64,000 nucleotides of DNA from Candidatus Hydrogenedentota bacterium. Its GTDB lineage: Bacteria > Hydrogenedentota > Hydrogenedentia > Hydrogenedentales > SLHB01. The notes beneath the pieces are model-generated. The model was not told the DNA's origin and did no database searches. It saw nothing but the letters and a program-made list of their open reading frames with translations. Each line of letters begins with the position of its first letter. Within the stretch, counting starts at the first letter, position 1. Below are positions 20,010-29,732 of the stretch, piece after piece. The stretch lies in NCBI GenBank assembly GCA_045863295.1, contig BTWA01000013.1:86350-150349 (forward strand), given 5' to 3'. The position numbers and the translations under genes were made by a program.

Positions 20010-21467
20010 TTACGCAAGTATGTCGTGCACAACGTGGCCGTGCACGTCCGTAAGGCGCATGTCGCGTCCGCTGTAACGGAATGTCAATTGGGTATGGTCA
20101 AAACCCAGAATGTGGAGCAAAGTCGCATGCAAATCATGGATTTCAACCTTGTCCGCAATGGCCTTATACCCGTATTCGTCGGTTTCCCCGTAAATGGTCC
20201 CGGGCTTAACCCCCGCACCCGCCATCCAAAGCGTAAAACCGAAGGGATTGTGATCGCGCCCGTCGCTTCCTTGGGCAAAAGGCGTCCTGCCGAACTCCCC
20301 TGCCCACAGCACGAGGGTCTCGTCCAAAAGCCCTCGCGACTTTAGGTCCAACAGCAGCCCGGCTATCGGCTGGTCCGTCGCCAGCGCATTTTTCCCGTGA
20401 TTGGCTTCCAGGTTGGAATGCGCATCCCAGCGATCCACGCCATCGATGCGTGGGCATGTCAATTCAATGAACCGCACCCCACGCTCCAACAGGCGGCGCG
20501 CCATCAGACATTGACGGCCATACAGGCGAGTCTGCGGAAACGCCGCTTCCATCCCGTAGAGCCGCCGGGTGGCATCGGATTCTCCCGAGAGATCGGTCAA
20601 TTCCGGAACCGCGGATTGCATCCGAAAGGCCAACTCGTAATTCGCAATCGCCGCCTCAAGTTGGTCGTCCGCCCCCATCCGCGCGAGGGCAATCGCGTCC
20701 AGGTCCTTCATGAGATCCAGCTTGCTCGCCTGTTGCCCGGCGACGGCCTCGGCGGGCGCTACATTGGCAAGCGCCGGCACTTCATTGCGCAGATACGACG
20801 CCTGATAGGCGGCGGGCAGAAACCCCGATCCAAAGTTGTCGTGTCCGCCTGACGGGATCAGACCGCCGTGAAGCACAACGAATCCCGGCAAATCCTGGTT
20901 CTCGCTGCCAAGACCATAGGTTGCCCACGCGCCCATGCTGGGACGCCCCTGCAAACCGTGTCCAGTGTGCAGGAAGTAATTCGCGGCATTGTGCTCCGAA
21001 AAGTTGGAGACCATGGATCGAACGATGCACAAATCGTCCACGCACCGGGCTACGTGCGGGAAGAGGCTGCTTACCGGGATGCCGCTCTCACCGTACTGGC
21101 TGAACTCCCACGGGTTGCCATATGTGCTGCCGTTGTTGTCGAACTGCGTGGGTTCCATCTTCATTGCAAACGGCTGGCCATGCTCGGCGCGCAGCCTAGG
21201 CTTGGGATCGAAACTGTCGACCTGAGAAACCCCGCCATCCATGTAAAGGAAAATGACGTTCTTCGCGCGCGGCGTGTAATGCGGCAACCGCGGCGCCATC
21301 GGATGGACGGCGTCCTGGGCCGGCGCACCGTAGGCCTTGTCGCCCAACAGTGCCGCCAGGGCAATCGCCCCGAATCCGTTCGCGCAGCCCATGAGCATTT
21401 CGCGGCGGGACAAGGAGCCCCGCCGGTATCCCGAGCATCCGCGGCAATTGCGATGCGAGTTAGCCAA
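20010..21467 (-). CDS. DUF1501 family protein (Tat-like signal)
   Basis: SRREML; AKNVIFLYMDGGVSQVDSFDPKP, GEFGRTP, GRDHN; paired with the PSD1 gene. Confidence 0.88.
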   Translation of the reverse strand: MANSHRNCRGCSGYRRGSLSRREMLMGCANGFGAIALAALLGDKAYGAPAQDAVHPMAPRLPHYTPRAKNVIFLYMDGGVSQVDSFDPKPRLRAEHGQPFAMKMEPTQFDNNGSTYGNPWEFSQYGESGIPVSSLFPHVARCVDDLCIVRSMVSNFSEHNAANYFLHTGHGLQGRPSMGAWATYGLGSENQDLPGFVVLHGGLIPSGGHDNFGSGFLPAAYQASYLRNEVPALANVAPAEAVAGQQASKLDLMKDLDAIALARMGADDQLEAAIANYELAFRMQSAVPELTDLSGESDATRRLYGMEAAFPQTRLYGRQCLMARRLLERGVRFIELTCPRIDGVDRWDAHSNLEANHGKNALATDQPIAGLLLDLKSRGLLDETLVLWAGEFGRTPFAQGSDGRDHNPFGFTLWMAGAGVKPGTIYGETDEYGYKAIADKVEIHDLHATLLHILGFDHTQLTFRYSGRDMRLTDVHGHVVHDILA

Positions 21468-24400
21468 TGAAGATAAACTCCTTCAAGGTGAACAGCACAT
21501 GGCAAATATCCGTCCAAACCCGGACGTCTGCCTGCAAACCCCCGTTTCCGTACACGACCGCTTGCTGGTCCGCAAACGTACGCGTGCGGGCCAACTCCTG
21601 ATCGGTGGGATTCCGGCTCAGCGCCTTAACGTAGGCCAATCGTATACGCTCGTCGGTGTCATCGACGAACTCCACAATCTCCTTTGCCCAAGCCGCCGCC
21701 TGCTCCACCACAAAGGGATCGTTCATCAGCATGAGTGCTTGCGCAGGAACATTGGAAACATTTCTGCGGCCTTGCGTCGTGTCGGGCACCGGCATGTCGA
21801 ATGCCTGCAACATGGGCGGCAAATAGTTGCGGCGAATTTCCAGGTAAATGCTCCTGCGGCGTGCGCCGTCGGCCGGTCCGGACTCCTTGGGGCGCCGATT
21901 GCCTTCGACATACGGGGAAATATACGCGGGTATCGAAGGTCCGAATTGGGAATTATCCAGAGTACCGGCGACCGCGAGAATGGCGTCGCGCACAGCCTCG
22001 CCTTCGAGGCGCCGGCGGTTCATGCGGTGCAACAACACATTATCCGGATCCTTGTCTTCCGCAGCCATGTAAACGGGATCACTGCTCATCCGGTAGGCGC
22101 GTGAAGTCACCACATCCCGAATCAACTGTTTTATGGACCAGCCGTTTTCACGAAACCGAATGGCGAGATAGTCCAACAACTCGGGGTGCGAAGGAGTCTG
22201 TCCGAGCACGCCAAAGTTGTCGGTGGAAGGAACAATTCCCCGGCCCATCAAGTGGTGCCAGATGCGATTGGCCATTACCCGCGCAGGGAGCGGATTGGAA
22301 TCGGCCAGGAGCTGATCAGCCAGAGTCAGCCGTCCGCTGCCTTCGCCGCACGGTGGCTGATCCAGTCCCGCAATGGCCTCCAGGAATCGACGGTTAATCG
22401 ATTCGCCCGTAGTCTTGTAACTGCCCCGCAGCATGAGAGACTCCTCTTGCGGGGTACCTTCACCAATCGCCAAGGCCCGCGTGTATTGCGGAACTTCGCC
22501 CGCGAGTGCGCGTTTGGATGCCACGAAACCGGCGATATTCGGCTCACCATCAAAAGGAGTCAGCAATCCCAATTCCATGAGGATATTTACAAAATCCACC
22601 TGCGACCGCGACGCGGTCCCGTCAAGCCAGTCCTGCATCGCGTTAGCGGCAATCGTCGCATATCGGTCCGCCAATTCGCCCATGGATCGCGGGGGAACCG
22701 GATTCAACAGTGCGCGCAATACAGGATGCGTCCCATCCGCTTCGGGGATGGTGTCGCCGAAACGGATTTCGTCGACTGCAATCCAGCCCTCGCCCGGATC
22801 GACAATTTCAATGTAGGCGGTGCGGCCCTTGAATTTGCTTAAGCCGTCAATCTGATGCAGCCACCGGAACGGCTCGCCGTGCGAAACCGGCAGATATGTG
22901 GATTCGAAAAGCAGGTTGCTGAATTTGCGGAGTTCGTATCCCTCAATCACGATGCGAATGTAACCACCCCATCCGGCCGCGCGATACTGAATGCAATCGC
23001 GATCAATGACAAAATCCTGCGATCGCATTGCGCCTTCAAGCCGCGAGTCTATTAGGCCGCTGTGGGCGGCTCCGGACGGCGCCAGCGAGATATGTCCCGC
23101 GTTCTCCTCCCATGCGCCTTGAGCACTCGGCGATTCACCGAAAGCGCTACCGTACACAAACCACCGTTTGAATGACACTGGAGAATCGAAGGTCTCGAAA
23201 ACCCGATCGGTGCTTGCCGCATCGAGGCGTGCGTGCGTACGCTCGTTGTTGAAGGCGTCCCTGAAGAAAGACTCGTCCACGTTGGCAACGCGGGACATCT
23301 TCCACCAGAGATGCAGCGGATGGGCCGGATCGCCACAGGCCTCCGCTTCCAGCACTCTGGCCGCGCGAACTAGCGAAGCGGCATCCACGCCAAGTCGCGC
23401 CGCTTGGATAGACAGCCCCAAGCCGCTCTTGCGTGATTCCGAAGCCGCCGTAAGGAGGGAGGACAAGGTATCCTTCGCCGCTAGGGAACGGGCCAACGCC
23501 TCGCGCACCCAAGGCTCCGCCGCTAAGTTTGCGTTCTCAATCTGTTTTACCTTTGATTCGATTTGGCCATGCGGATCGAGATATGCATGCTGTTGACGGG
23601 AACTGCGAAGAAATCCTGAAAGCGCGTAATAGTCTTTGGCGGAAATCGCGTCGAATTTGTGGTCATGACACCGCGCACAAGACACGGTCATGCCAAGGAA
23701 CGCTTTGGAGAAGACGTCGATCTGATTGTCGATCCGGTCGGTTTGATCGAGCCGCACATCGACCGGCGCGTGCGTCGCTTGATGCATGAACCAGAAACCC
23801 GTAGCCAATATCGACTCATTGATTCCTGTAGCCGGGTCCAAGCGCGGATCGGGAAGCAAATCGCCCGCAATATGCTCGCGTACCAGACGGTCGTAGGGCA
23901 CGTCTGCGTTGAACGCCCGTATCACGTAATCCCGGTAGCGCCATGCGTACTCGATGGGAAAGTCCTGCTCGTGGCCGTACGTTTCCGCATAACGCGTCAC
24001 ATCCAGCCAATGCCGCCCCCATCGTTCTCCGAAGGAAAGTGACGCCAACAATCCGTCCACGACGCGCTCGTACGCATCCGGCCGCGTATCGTTCACAAAG
24101 GCGTCCACGGCGCCGGGTTCCGGGGGAAGACCGGTCAAATCGAAACTCAGCCGTCGAATCAGCGTACGTCGATCCGCCTCCGGCGCGGGGGAGAGTCCTT
24201 CGTGCTCCAATCGGGCCAGAATGAATCGGTCGATGTCGTTTATGGGCCACGCTGAATTCTGCACGGACGGTAGCGCGACCGGCAGAATTGGCTGCCATGC
24301 CCAGTGTTGTTGCTTCAGTGTCTGCACATCGAAGACGGGTTTTGGATGGGTGACATCTTGTGGCGCCGGTTCGTCCGGCCAATACGCGCCGTCAGCAATC

Positions 24401-24765
24401 CACTGCCGGATATCAGCGATTTGATTCTCCGGTAACTTTCCGCTGGGCGGCATTTGCAATGAGACATCGGAATAACTAACTGCAAGCGCAAGGCGACTAT
24501 TTGCTAGATCGCCAGCGGCCAAGACCGGACCTGTCTCGCCCCCTGATTTCAAGTAGGAAATGTGATCAAGCCGAAGGCCGGATTTCTGCTTTTCTGGGCC
24601 GTGGCAGCCATAGCAATGCGTCGCCAACACGGGCCGAATCCGCGTTTCAAAAAAGTCGGCCTGAGAATTCGCAAGTGCAGCGGGCATCGCATGCACAAGA
24701 ATGCATATCCCGGCCAAATTTTGTATACTGGATACGACCGACTTCGCCAGCACGTTGACCTCCAA
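21460..24765 (-). CDS. Planctomycete cytochrome c / DUF1549 / DUF1553 (PSD1) protein
   Basis: FFETRIRPVLATHCYGCHG, HWAW, ERWGRHWLD, CARCHDHKFD, ARVMANRIWHHLMGRGIV, NVPAQALMLMND. Confidence 0.9.
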   Translation of the reverse strand: MEVNVLAKSVVSSIQNLAGICILVHAMPAALANSQADFFETRIRPVLATHCYGCHGPEKQKSGLRLDHISYLKSGGETGPVLAAGDLANSRLALAVSYSDVSLQMPPSGKLPENQIADIRQWIADGAYWPDEPAPQDVTHPKPVFDVQTLKQQHWAWQPILPVALPSVQNSAWPINDIDRFILARLEHEGLSPAPEADRRTLIRRLSFDLTGLPPEPGAVDAFVNDTRPDAYERVVDGLLASLSFGERWGRHWLDVTRYAETYGHEQDFPIEYAWRYRDYVIRAFNADVPYDRLVREHIAGDLLPDPRLDPATGINESILATGFWFMHQATHAPVDVRLDQTDRIDNQIDVFSKAFLGMTVSCARCHDHKFDAISAKDYYALSGFLRSSRQQHAYLDPHGQIESKVKQIENANLAAEPWVREALARSLAAKDTLSSLLTAASESRKSGLGLSIQAARLGVDAASLVRAARVLEAEACGDPAHPLHLWWKMSRVANVDESFFRDAFNNERTHARLDAASTDRVFETFDSPVSFKRWFVYGSAFGESPSAQGAWEENAGHISLAPSGAAHSGLIDSRLEGAMRSQDFVIDRDCIQYRAAGWGGYIRIVIEGYELRKFSNLLFESTYLPVSHGEPFRWLHQIDGLSKFKGRTAYIEIVDPGEGWIAVDEIRFGDTIPEADGTHPVLRALLNPVPPRSMGELADRYATIAANAMQDWLDGTASRSQVDFVNILMELGLLTPFDGEPNIAGFVASKRALAGEVPQYTRALAIGEGTPQEESLMLRGSYKTTGESINRRFLEAIAGLDQPPCGEGSGRLTLADQLLADSNPLPARVMANRIWHHLMGRGIVPSTDNFGVLGQTPSHPELLDYLAIRFRENGWSIKQLIRDVVTSRAYRMSSDPVYMAAEDKDPDNVLLHRMNRRRLEGEAVRDAILAVAGTLDNSQFGPSIPAYISPYVEGNRRPKESGPADGARRRSIYLEIRRNYLPPMLQAFDMPVPDTTQGRRNVSNVPAQALMLMNDPFVVEQAAAWAKEIVEFVDDTDERIRLAYVKALSRNPTDQELARTRTFADQQAVVYGNGGLQADVRVWTDICHVLFTLKEFIFIG

Positions 24766-24895
24766 CTGTACCTACCCTGAGCACGCCAACGGCGGAATCA
24801 CTTAAAGATACTATAGGAACTTTGGAGTAGCTTGCCAATAGTACCCTCCTTTGGGCGGGCATACCCCGAGCAGGAGCATTTACGAAAGGAATCCC

Positions 24896-25660
24896 ATGGC
24901 CGTCAAATGGATTATCACCGACCTGGACGGATGCCTCAATCCCGAGGAATCCGTGCCGTGGAACGGAGACCTGTTCGGTGAATTTTCCGCGTTGGCGCGA
25001 AATGCCGCCGCCGGTCTGGGTTCCATCGCGCCACTCACGATTTGTACGGGGCGCCCACAACCGTACGTTGAAGTTCTCATGAAGATCTTTGACATTCGCG
25101 TCCCCGCGATCTGTGAAAATGGCGCCGTCTTGTATTCACTCCATGACAACCGGGCATGGTTCGGTCCGGGAGTAACCGAAGAAAAGATTGAAGGCGTCCG
25201 TGCCGTACGATCCTTTATCGACACACAAATCCTTCCGGACGAACCAAGGGCCATCATGCAATTTGGCAAGGAGGCCCAGATTTCGGTGTTCTCCGAACAT
25301 CCGGCGATCTTTGATGCCATGAAGGCCCGAATTGCAACCTTCGTGCGGGATCGCGGAGGTCCTGACCTGCTCATCACGGCTTCACATTTCTATCTGAACA
25401 TTTCCCTGAAGGGCGTCAACAAGGGCAATGCACTGCGCGCGCTAATCCGGGAACTGAATGTCACACGCGACGAAATCGCCGGCATAGGAGACACCGAAGG
25501 CGATCTCCCCCTGCGCGAAACCGTCGGATTCTTCGCCTGCCCCGCCAACGCTACCCAGTCCATCAAAGAAGTCGCCGACTACGTCTCGCCGTCTCCCGAC
25601 ATTGCCGGCCTGTTGGACATCCTCAAGCGTCCAGAGATGCAGCGCGCCCGGAAGGATTGA
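24896..25660 (+). CDS. HAD-superfamily hydrolase (subfamily IIB-like)
   Basis: Motif I TDLDGCL, motif II CTGR, CENG, motif III NKG, motif IV GDTEGD. Confidence 0.85.
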   Translation: MAVKWIITDLDGCLNPEESVPWNGDLFGEFSALARNAAAGLGSIAPLTICTGRPQPYVEVLMKIFDIRVPAICENGAVLYSLHDNRAWFGPGVTEEKIEGVRAVRSFIDTQILPDEPRAIMQFGKEAQISVFSEHPAIFDAMKARIATFVRDRGGPDLLITASHFYLNISLKGVNKGNALRALIRELNVTRDEIAGIGDTEGDLPLRETVGFFACPANATQSIKEVADYVSPSPDIAGLLDILKRPEMQRARKD

Positions 25661-25794
25661 AGATTGAGAATCGGAGCGAAACCTTCAAATCTGAATCGTA
25701 TTGTTTGCGAAGCTGGTATTTACCGTTCGGTAGGATTTGGATCTGGAAACAGTACGGAGGGGAAACGCGAATCAACGTCAAATGGCGGGTGAAA

Positions 25795-25992
25795 TTACGC
25801 GGCGCAGTTCGTCTGGACCGATTTCACAACGTCCAGCGTCATGCCCATCATGTCCATGGCGTTCAGGTACTTACCGGCGCAGGTCGGGCAATAATTCATG
25901 GTCCGTTCGACCTGCTCCTCGCCGTGAATGGTGATGGTGACCCAGCGGTCCCCTTCGCCATCCGATGCACACATGTCACACGTTCTACTCAT
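25795..25992 (-). CDS. Small two-CxxC (putative zinc-binding) protein, 65 aa
   Basis: CDMC and CPTC; GGAG upstream of ATG; occupies an otherwise empty intergenic gap. Confidence 0.6.
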   Translation of the reverse strand: MSRTCDMCASDGEGDRWVTITIHGEEQVERTMNYCPTCAGKYLNAMDMMGMTLDVVKSVQTNCAA

Positions 25993-26458
25993 CGCTACAA
26001 CTCCAATTACCGGTCCCAGCCTCGCCTACGGGCTTCAAATCGCTTCAGGAGAGTTGGACCGCGAATCCCGGGCCTTTGTTACAACACGCGGCAATGCACA
26101 CGTGAAGACGAGGGACAGGAATTCTCCGCACCCTGCGTAACCGCCAAGTAACGCAAGTGCGAACGGACCTCAACTGAAAATACACGCTACGAAACCGATA
26201 GGCGGGAAAAGACCTATTCCCGCAAAACCAACCTAACTGTACATCATACGCCACAAAGCGTAAAGAATCCAGCACCATATGTCCGGCTGAGGGTTTCTGT
26301 TGATTCGTCAACGGGCGTTGATCTGGCGCGACGGTGTCTGGCACGATTGGCCCGTTTTCTCCCGCTTCAGGATAGGCACTTTGTGCACGGGGAAAAGCAG
26401 AGAAGCGGAATGGCCGCCAGTGTAAGTTACGCGTTGAACCCGCGAGAGGACCTTGCCC

Positions 26459-27577
26459 ATGGATCGCGTCGACCTGAAAAAAATGTACCGTACCCGCACC
26501 GAGGGCGATTTTCCCGCGACCGTCGAAGTCTTGGGCCAGGCGTACACCAAAGTGGAAAACTTGCGCTACGGGACCAATCCCCACCAGCCGGCGGCGTTTT
26601 ACCGGCCGTCCTCCGGCTCGAAACTGGTGCTGGGCGCCTACGAAATGATTAAGACCGGCAAGAGCGGCTTATCCCAAACCAATCTCGAAGACATGCATCA
26701 TGCCGTCGGCATCTTGAAGTATTTGCAGAAGCCCGCGGTTGCCGTGATGAAGCACTGCAACCCCTCCGGCGTGGCCGTGGAAGTCGACGGCATGCCCCTA
26801 GCCCACGTGTATGAACGTGCCCGGGACGCCGACAAGCAAGCGGCTTTCGGTGGGGTTACGGTCCTGAACAGGCCAGTGGATGCGGACACCGCGACGGCTA
26901 TCATGCAGACCGTCGTGGAAGGCGTGGCGGCGCCCGGATTCACACCAGAGGCCCTCGCCATCTTGAACGATTCGGAATCGTTCAAGCGAAACAAGGAAAT
27001 TCGAGTGGTCAAATTGCCGCCGCTCGATTCGCTGCCCAAATTTCTCGAAGACGATTCCGGCGTCGTGGAGATGAAAGTATTTGACGACGGCAGTCTCGTC
27101 TTGGCGAAACCCTACCTTTCACGCATGAAATCCGTGGCGGACTTTGTACCGGCCTATTGCGACCATGCCAAGAAAGGCCGGATCGAAATCGCGCGCCAGG
27201 CTACCGAACGCGAGTTGTCGGATATGTTGTTCGGGTGGTACGTGAACATCCACGTGCGATCCAATGGATGTGTCATTGTCCGCAACGGCCAGACCCTTGC
27301 CGTGGGTACCGGCGAGCAGGACCGCGTCGGCGCGGTGCAGCAGGCCATAGAAAAGGCCAGGAAGAAATACCAGGGGACCGAATCTCTGCAAGGAGCAATC
27401 TTGGCCTCGGACGGCTTCTTTCCGTTCCGCGATGCCGTTGACGCCGCCACCGAGGCAGGAATCACCGCCATTGTTCAGCCTGGGGGCAGCATGAACGATT
27501 TTGATGTCATCGAGGCCTGCAATCAGGTGGGCTGTGCCATGGTATTCACCGGAGAACGATGCTTTTCCCACCATTGA
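26459..27577 (+). CDS. purH: PurH-type AICAR transformylase domain protein (no N-terminal IMP cyclohydrolase/MGS domain)
   Basis: LRYGTNPHQPAAFY, MKHCNPSGVA, AFGG, RSN, ASDGFFPFRD, QPGGS, FTGERCFSH; GAGG RBS. Confidence 0.8.
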   Translation: MDRVDLKKMYRTRTEGDFPATVEVLGQAYTKVENLRYGTNPHQPAAFYRPSSGSKLVLGAYEMIKTGKSGLSQTNLEDMHHAVGILKYLQKPAVAVMKHCNPSGVAVEVDGMPLAHVYERARDADKQAAFGGVTVLNRPVDADTATAIMQTVVEGVAAPGFTPEALAILNDSESFKRNKEIRVVKLPPLDSLPKFLEDDSGVVEMKVFDDGSLVLAKPYLSRMKSVADFVPAYCDHAKKGRIEIARQATERELSDMLFGWYVNIHVRSNGCVIVRNGQTLAVGTGEQDRVGAVQQAIEKARKKYQGTESLQGAILASDGFFPFRDAVDAATEAGITAIVQPGGSMNDFDVIEACNQVGCAMVFTGERCFSHH

Positions 27578-27614
27578 CAGTGGACACTAGCCCCCAAGTC
27601 TCTTGCATTTTTTC

Positions 27615-27642
27615 ACCCGGCACTCGCCGGGTTTTTCTTTTT
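27615..27642 (+). terminator. Intrinsic terminator after purH-like gene
   Basis: ACCCGGC-actc-GCCGGGT hairpin followed by TTTTCTTTTT. Confidence 0.8.
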
Positions 27643-27789
27643 AACCGATTTAAATTCAATTAGTTATGGGGTTGAACCTGCGATAGAACAGCTATATGAA
27701 ACGCACTATCGCTAACTTTGACCGGATCTTTGTAACAGCAATAAATCCTTTTTGATATAAGCACTTGCCTTGTATACGGATAGAAAAAC

Positions 27790-27819
27790 TTGATATCAAA
27801 GCCAAAAATTTTATACAAT
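27790..27819 (+). promoter_or_regulatory. Putative sigma70 promoter of the second DUF1559 gene
   Basis: TTGATA-N18-TACAAT in an AT-rich intergenic region. Confidence 0.45.
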
Positions 27820-27907
27820 CTCATTTGATTTGTATGCTTATCTAACGGGCGGATAGCATAAAGTTGGCGCTGGCCCGAAAACGAATTGTGCTGGGGGTCT
27901 CGAAACT

Positions 27908-28810
27908 ATGTCTACCAAACGGAATTCCGGGTTCACGCTGATTGAACTCCTTGTCGTCATTGCCATCATCGGCATATTGGCGGCCATTTTGTTGCCCGCG
28001 CTCGCTCGCGCGCGCGAAGCCGCACGCCGGGCGTCGTGTCAGAACAATCTCAAGCAGTTGGGCCTGAGCTTCGCCATGTATTCCGGCGAGAGCCGGGGGT
28101 TACTGCCTCCGCGGCGTACATACAACTGCAACGGAACGCTGAGCAGCACCATGATTTTTGATGGCGTTGCCGTGATGCCCGAGTACCTTGCCGATGTCGA
28201 CGTCGTGTGGTGTCCATCCTGGGGAAATCAGGCCGATGCCCTGGAGCGCTACGACACGCAGAGCGGCAATAACAACGGCACGGTGGAACCTTGTGAAATC
28301 CGCAAGGAACCTTACGACTACACTGGCTTCCTCATCACCGAGGCGGTCAATGTAATTGGCACGGCACTCCTCGGTGTTCCCGGGACGGGCCCGAACGGCC
28401 GGATCGAAGAGGCCCAATACCTCGGCACTCCGTGGGGTGAACTGGCACAGGCGAATTTCTCTTCCAACGGCGCCGCGAGCGATCGCGATTTCACCGTATC
28501 CGGCGCCCACGCAGGCACCCAAGCGGGTGGAGGCAACAAGATTTACCGGCTGAAGGAAGGCATTGAGCGGTTTCTCATTACGAATATTAACAGCCCAGCC
28601 TCGGGCTCGACGGCGTCAAGCTCGATCCCTGTCATGTGGGATCACATCAGCACGCTGGCCCAGGATTACAATCACGTGCCCGGAGGGTGCAATGTGCTGT
28701 ATCTCGACGGACATGTGAGTTTTATTCGCTACCCGGCTACCAAGTTTCCGGTGGACGCGGACAGCGCGCGCATTTTCGGCCGATACGATCGCCCGTTTGA
28801 CGGATTCTAG
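27908..28810 (+). CDS. Prepilin-type N-terminal cleavage/methylation protein (DUF1559-like, H-X9-DG motif)
   Basis: [59 protein letters not shown]. Confidence 0.9.
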   Translation: MSTKRNSGFTLIELLVVIAIIGILAAILLPALARAREAARRASCQNNLKQLGLSFAMYSGESRGLLPPRRTYNCNGTLSSTMIFDGVAVMPEYLADVDVVWCPSWGNQADALERYDTQSGNNNGTVEPCEIRKEPYDYTGFLITEAVNVIGTALLGVPGTGPNGRIEEAQYLGTPWGELAQANFSSNGAASDRDFTVSGAHAGTQAGGGNKIYRLKEGIERFLITNINSPASGSTASSSIPVMWDHISTLAQDYNHVPGGCNVLYLDGHVSFIRYPATKFPVDADSARIFGRYDRPFDGF

Positions 28811-28836
28811 GCAAACCGCCAGGTTTTGTTCCCATT

Positions 28837-28869
28837 GCGCCCCCGATCCCGGCAACGGATCGGGGGCGC
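28837..28869. repeat. Perfect 13-bp inverted repeat (GC hairpin, no U-tract)
   Basis: GCGCCCCCGATCC-cggcaac-GGATCGGGGGCGC just after the DUF1559 stop. Confidence 0.6.
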
Positions 28870-28937
28870 GCGCATGTGTACCTGCGCGCGCCGTGGAAAA
28901 TGTAGTATCGTGAACGGGTATTGAAGGAGGTTCGTTC

Positions 28938-29354
28938 ATGAAAAAGCTCGCGGGTTTGTTGATGCTGTGGTGCATGGTCTCGGGTTGTGTCTATGCGAAA
29001 GTCGGCGTGCAAATGGAACCCAAGGTCATGCAGGCCAATGACGATTCGCATGAACTTCTCCGGCACGTGGTTCTCTTCAAATGGAAAGAAGGCGTCGATC
29101 CCGCGGCCATTGCCGCCATCGAAGCGGGGTATGACGAAATGGCCGGTCTTATCCCCGAAATCCACGATTTGGAATGGGGGCGGAATATTCCGGCCAACGC
29201 GCGCAATCAAGGCTATTCTCACTGCTTGCTCGTGACCTTCAAGAGCGAAGCCGATCTCGACGCCTATGCGAAACACCCCGAACACAACCGGTTTCGAGAC
29301 GCGGCCATGCCGTATGTCGAGTCCATAATCGTGGTGGACTATTGGGTTGAATAG
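28938..29354 (+). CDS. Dabb (stress-responsive A/B barrel) protein, probable lipoprotein
   Basis: LRHVVLFKW...GYSHCLLVTF...YAKHPEH...VVDY; N-terminal signal ending VSGC; GGAGG RBS. Confidence 0.85.
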   Translation: MKKLAGLLMLWCMVSGCVYAKVGVQMEPKVMQANDDSHELLRHVVLFKWKEGVDPAAIAAIEAGYDEMAGLIPEIHDLEWGRNIPANARNQGYSHCLLVTFKSEADLDAYAKHPEHNRFRDAAMPYVESIIVVDYWVE

Positions 29355-29402
29355 GCGATTGGCCCGCTCCAGCCGGCCGAATCAAAGCTACAGGAAATCA
29401 GT

Positions 29403-29729
29403 ATGGATTCAAGACCGCCCATCGGCAGCACCTTCCGGCACGTGGTTCTCTTCAGGTGGAATCAGGGAATAACCCCGGAGATACTGAACAAGATTTCCGA
29501 CGGCCTACGCGAAATGCGCGACCGGATCCCCGTGGTGCGCGAAATGGTCTGGGGTGAAAACGTGCCCGCCAATCTGCGCAATGAAGGATTCACCCATTGC
29601 CTCGTGGTGTCTTTCAACACGGAAGCCGACCACGACATCTATCAGGCCCATCCGCAACACGACGCGTTTCGCGCACTCATTGCACCGTACAAGGAACACG
29701 TAACCGTCATCGACTTCTGGACCGTGTAG
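29403..29729 (+). CDS. Dabb family protein (cytoplasmic paralog)
   Basis: FRHVVLFRW...GFTHCLVVSF...YQAHPQH...IDF. Confidence 0.85.
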   Translation: MDSRPPIGSTFRHVVLFRWNQGITPEILNKISDGLREMRDRIPVVREMVWGENVPANLRNEGFTHCLVVSFNTEADHDIYQAHPQHDAFRALIAPYKEHVTVIDFWTV

Positions 29730-29732
29730 GCT

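Noticed and set aside
26250..26458. ZMP/ZTP riboswitch upstream of the purH-like gene
   Set aside because: Expected GACUGGCG and CGCCUGGGC motifs were not found
27640..27900. AT-rich stretch as foreign DNA or replication origin
   Set aside because: Only ~260 bp, bounded by a terminator and a promoter-like sequence; no DnaA-box cluster or att-like repeats seen
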